Positions 63,095 to 64,000 of a stretch of 64,000 nt of DNA are shown here, piece by piece; positions within the stretch are counted from its first letter, which is position 1; each line of letters opens with the position of its first letter. This DNA comes from Podarcis melisellensis (lineage: Eukaryota): NCBI GenBank assembly GCA_964234715.1, contig OZ174290.1. One strand, given 5' to 3'. Both the position numbers and the translations under genes were made by a program. Under the pieces are notes generated by a model. It was not told the origin of the DNA and ran no database searches. It saw nothing but the letters and a program-made list of their open reading frames with translations.

Positions 63095-64000
63095 GTGAGT
63101 AGCAAATTAGGGGCAAGCAGGGAATAGACTGGCAGGCTGTAGGCTTTTGGGGTGGCCAAAGCTCCTTCCCCTTTACCCCCTCAGGAGTGATGCTTCTGCC
63201 TCAGGAGGGCTTTCCATCTGTGCAGTGAGGGAGGGGGGCAGGGAGGAGTGAGTGGCTGGCTGGCTTTGTGGATACCAAACCTATGTCCCCCAGATCTCCA
63301 TTCACCCTCATGGAACTGTGGTGCAGCACCGTCCTCCGGCACACACACCCCGGCTAAAAGCCAGATATGGGGGGGGGGGGTGCCTTACATCCACTCTGAT
63401 CTCAGGGGCCTTCCCTGGGAGGGACAGCCCCACAAAATCTAGAGGGGCTGGATTACGTGACCCGCCTCACCCCACCCCACCCCGGCTGGGCTACTGAACA
63501 GCATCACAAATTCATAGCCGAAAGAGGAGCCTCAAATATACTTTTTTAGGCAACTGCTAAATAGACATGCTTTGTATGAACCCTATAAACAGATTTTAAA
63601 AAAATGAAATTAGACAACTGAGGTGTGTATGTGACAGGGTGGGGGGAGGAATCCTTTTATAAAGGCTGAGTAGATGCCATATTTTTATCGACGCAGCCTT
63701 GGCTCATGTTGGCTGCTGCTGCTCCTGCTGCTATTGGGCGAGGAGGCAGTTTTGGCAGGTCTCTGTGTTGGGTTCAGACAGCAAAGAGGCTCCTCTTTTG
63801 TTGTGATGAGTTTCTCCCAAGAGAGCATCCCCACTCCAAAGGCAAGACCCAGCTCTGGCAGTCGAAGGCATTCCAACATGTTGGAAAGAGCAAAAGACAC
63901 TAAAACAAAGTGGCCTCCCCAACACTGATGGCCAGAGCAGAGGGTGGCTTCCTTGCTTCTGCTCCACATTGTATAAAGAGGTAGCAGAGACCCTGACCTT

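Noticed and set aside
62289-63098. 269-aa ORF
   Set aside because: It is APOA1 exons 2 and 3 read through stop-free intron sequence; canonical splice sites explain the real CDS.

Overview
This is eukaryotic genomic DNA from a squamate reptile; the Sauria SINEs suggest a lizard, probably lacertid-like. Most of the window is the 3' part of SIK3 (salt-inducible kinase 3) on the + strand. It holds the end of intron 1, 23 coding exons (exons 2-24 by mammalian numbering) and a 3'UTR-only exon 25 ending near an AATAAA at 58008. The coding exons splice with canonical GT-AG sites into one open frame of 3771 nt (1256 aa + stop); exon 1 lies upstream of the window. About 3.7 kb downstream on the same strand, APOA1 begins with its promoter/TATA box and exons 1-3; exon 4 is beyond the window. 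This matches the known SIK3-APOA1 synteny. Introns carry Sauria SINEs, several hAT MITE families (one copy nested inside a SINE), and L1/L2/CR1 fragments. The most notable unexplained structure is a pair of Penelope-like insertions, each with an intact minimal type-I hammerhead ribozyme motif on the minus strand. One is part of a perfect 92-bp inverted repeat in SIK3 intron 14; the other lies about 0.7 kb upstream of APOA1. Other points of interest: a partial duplicate of exon 19 forming a candidate poison exon, an apparent 15-nt slide of the exon 21 acceptor, an internal tandem repeat of the PKA/14-3-3 module, and G-quadruplex/C-rich tracts flanking the 'Sleepy' exon 13. Comparisons with human/mouse sequences are from memory and need confirming by alignment.
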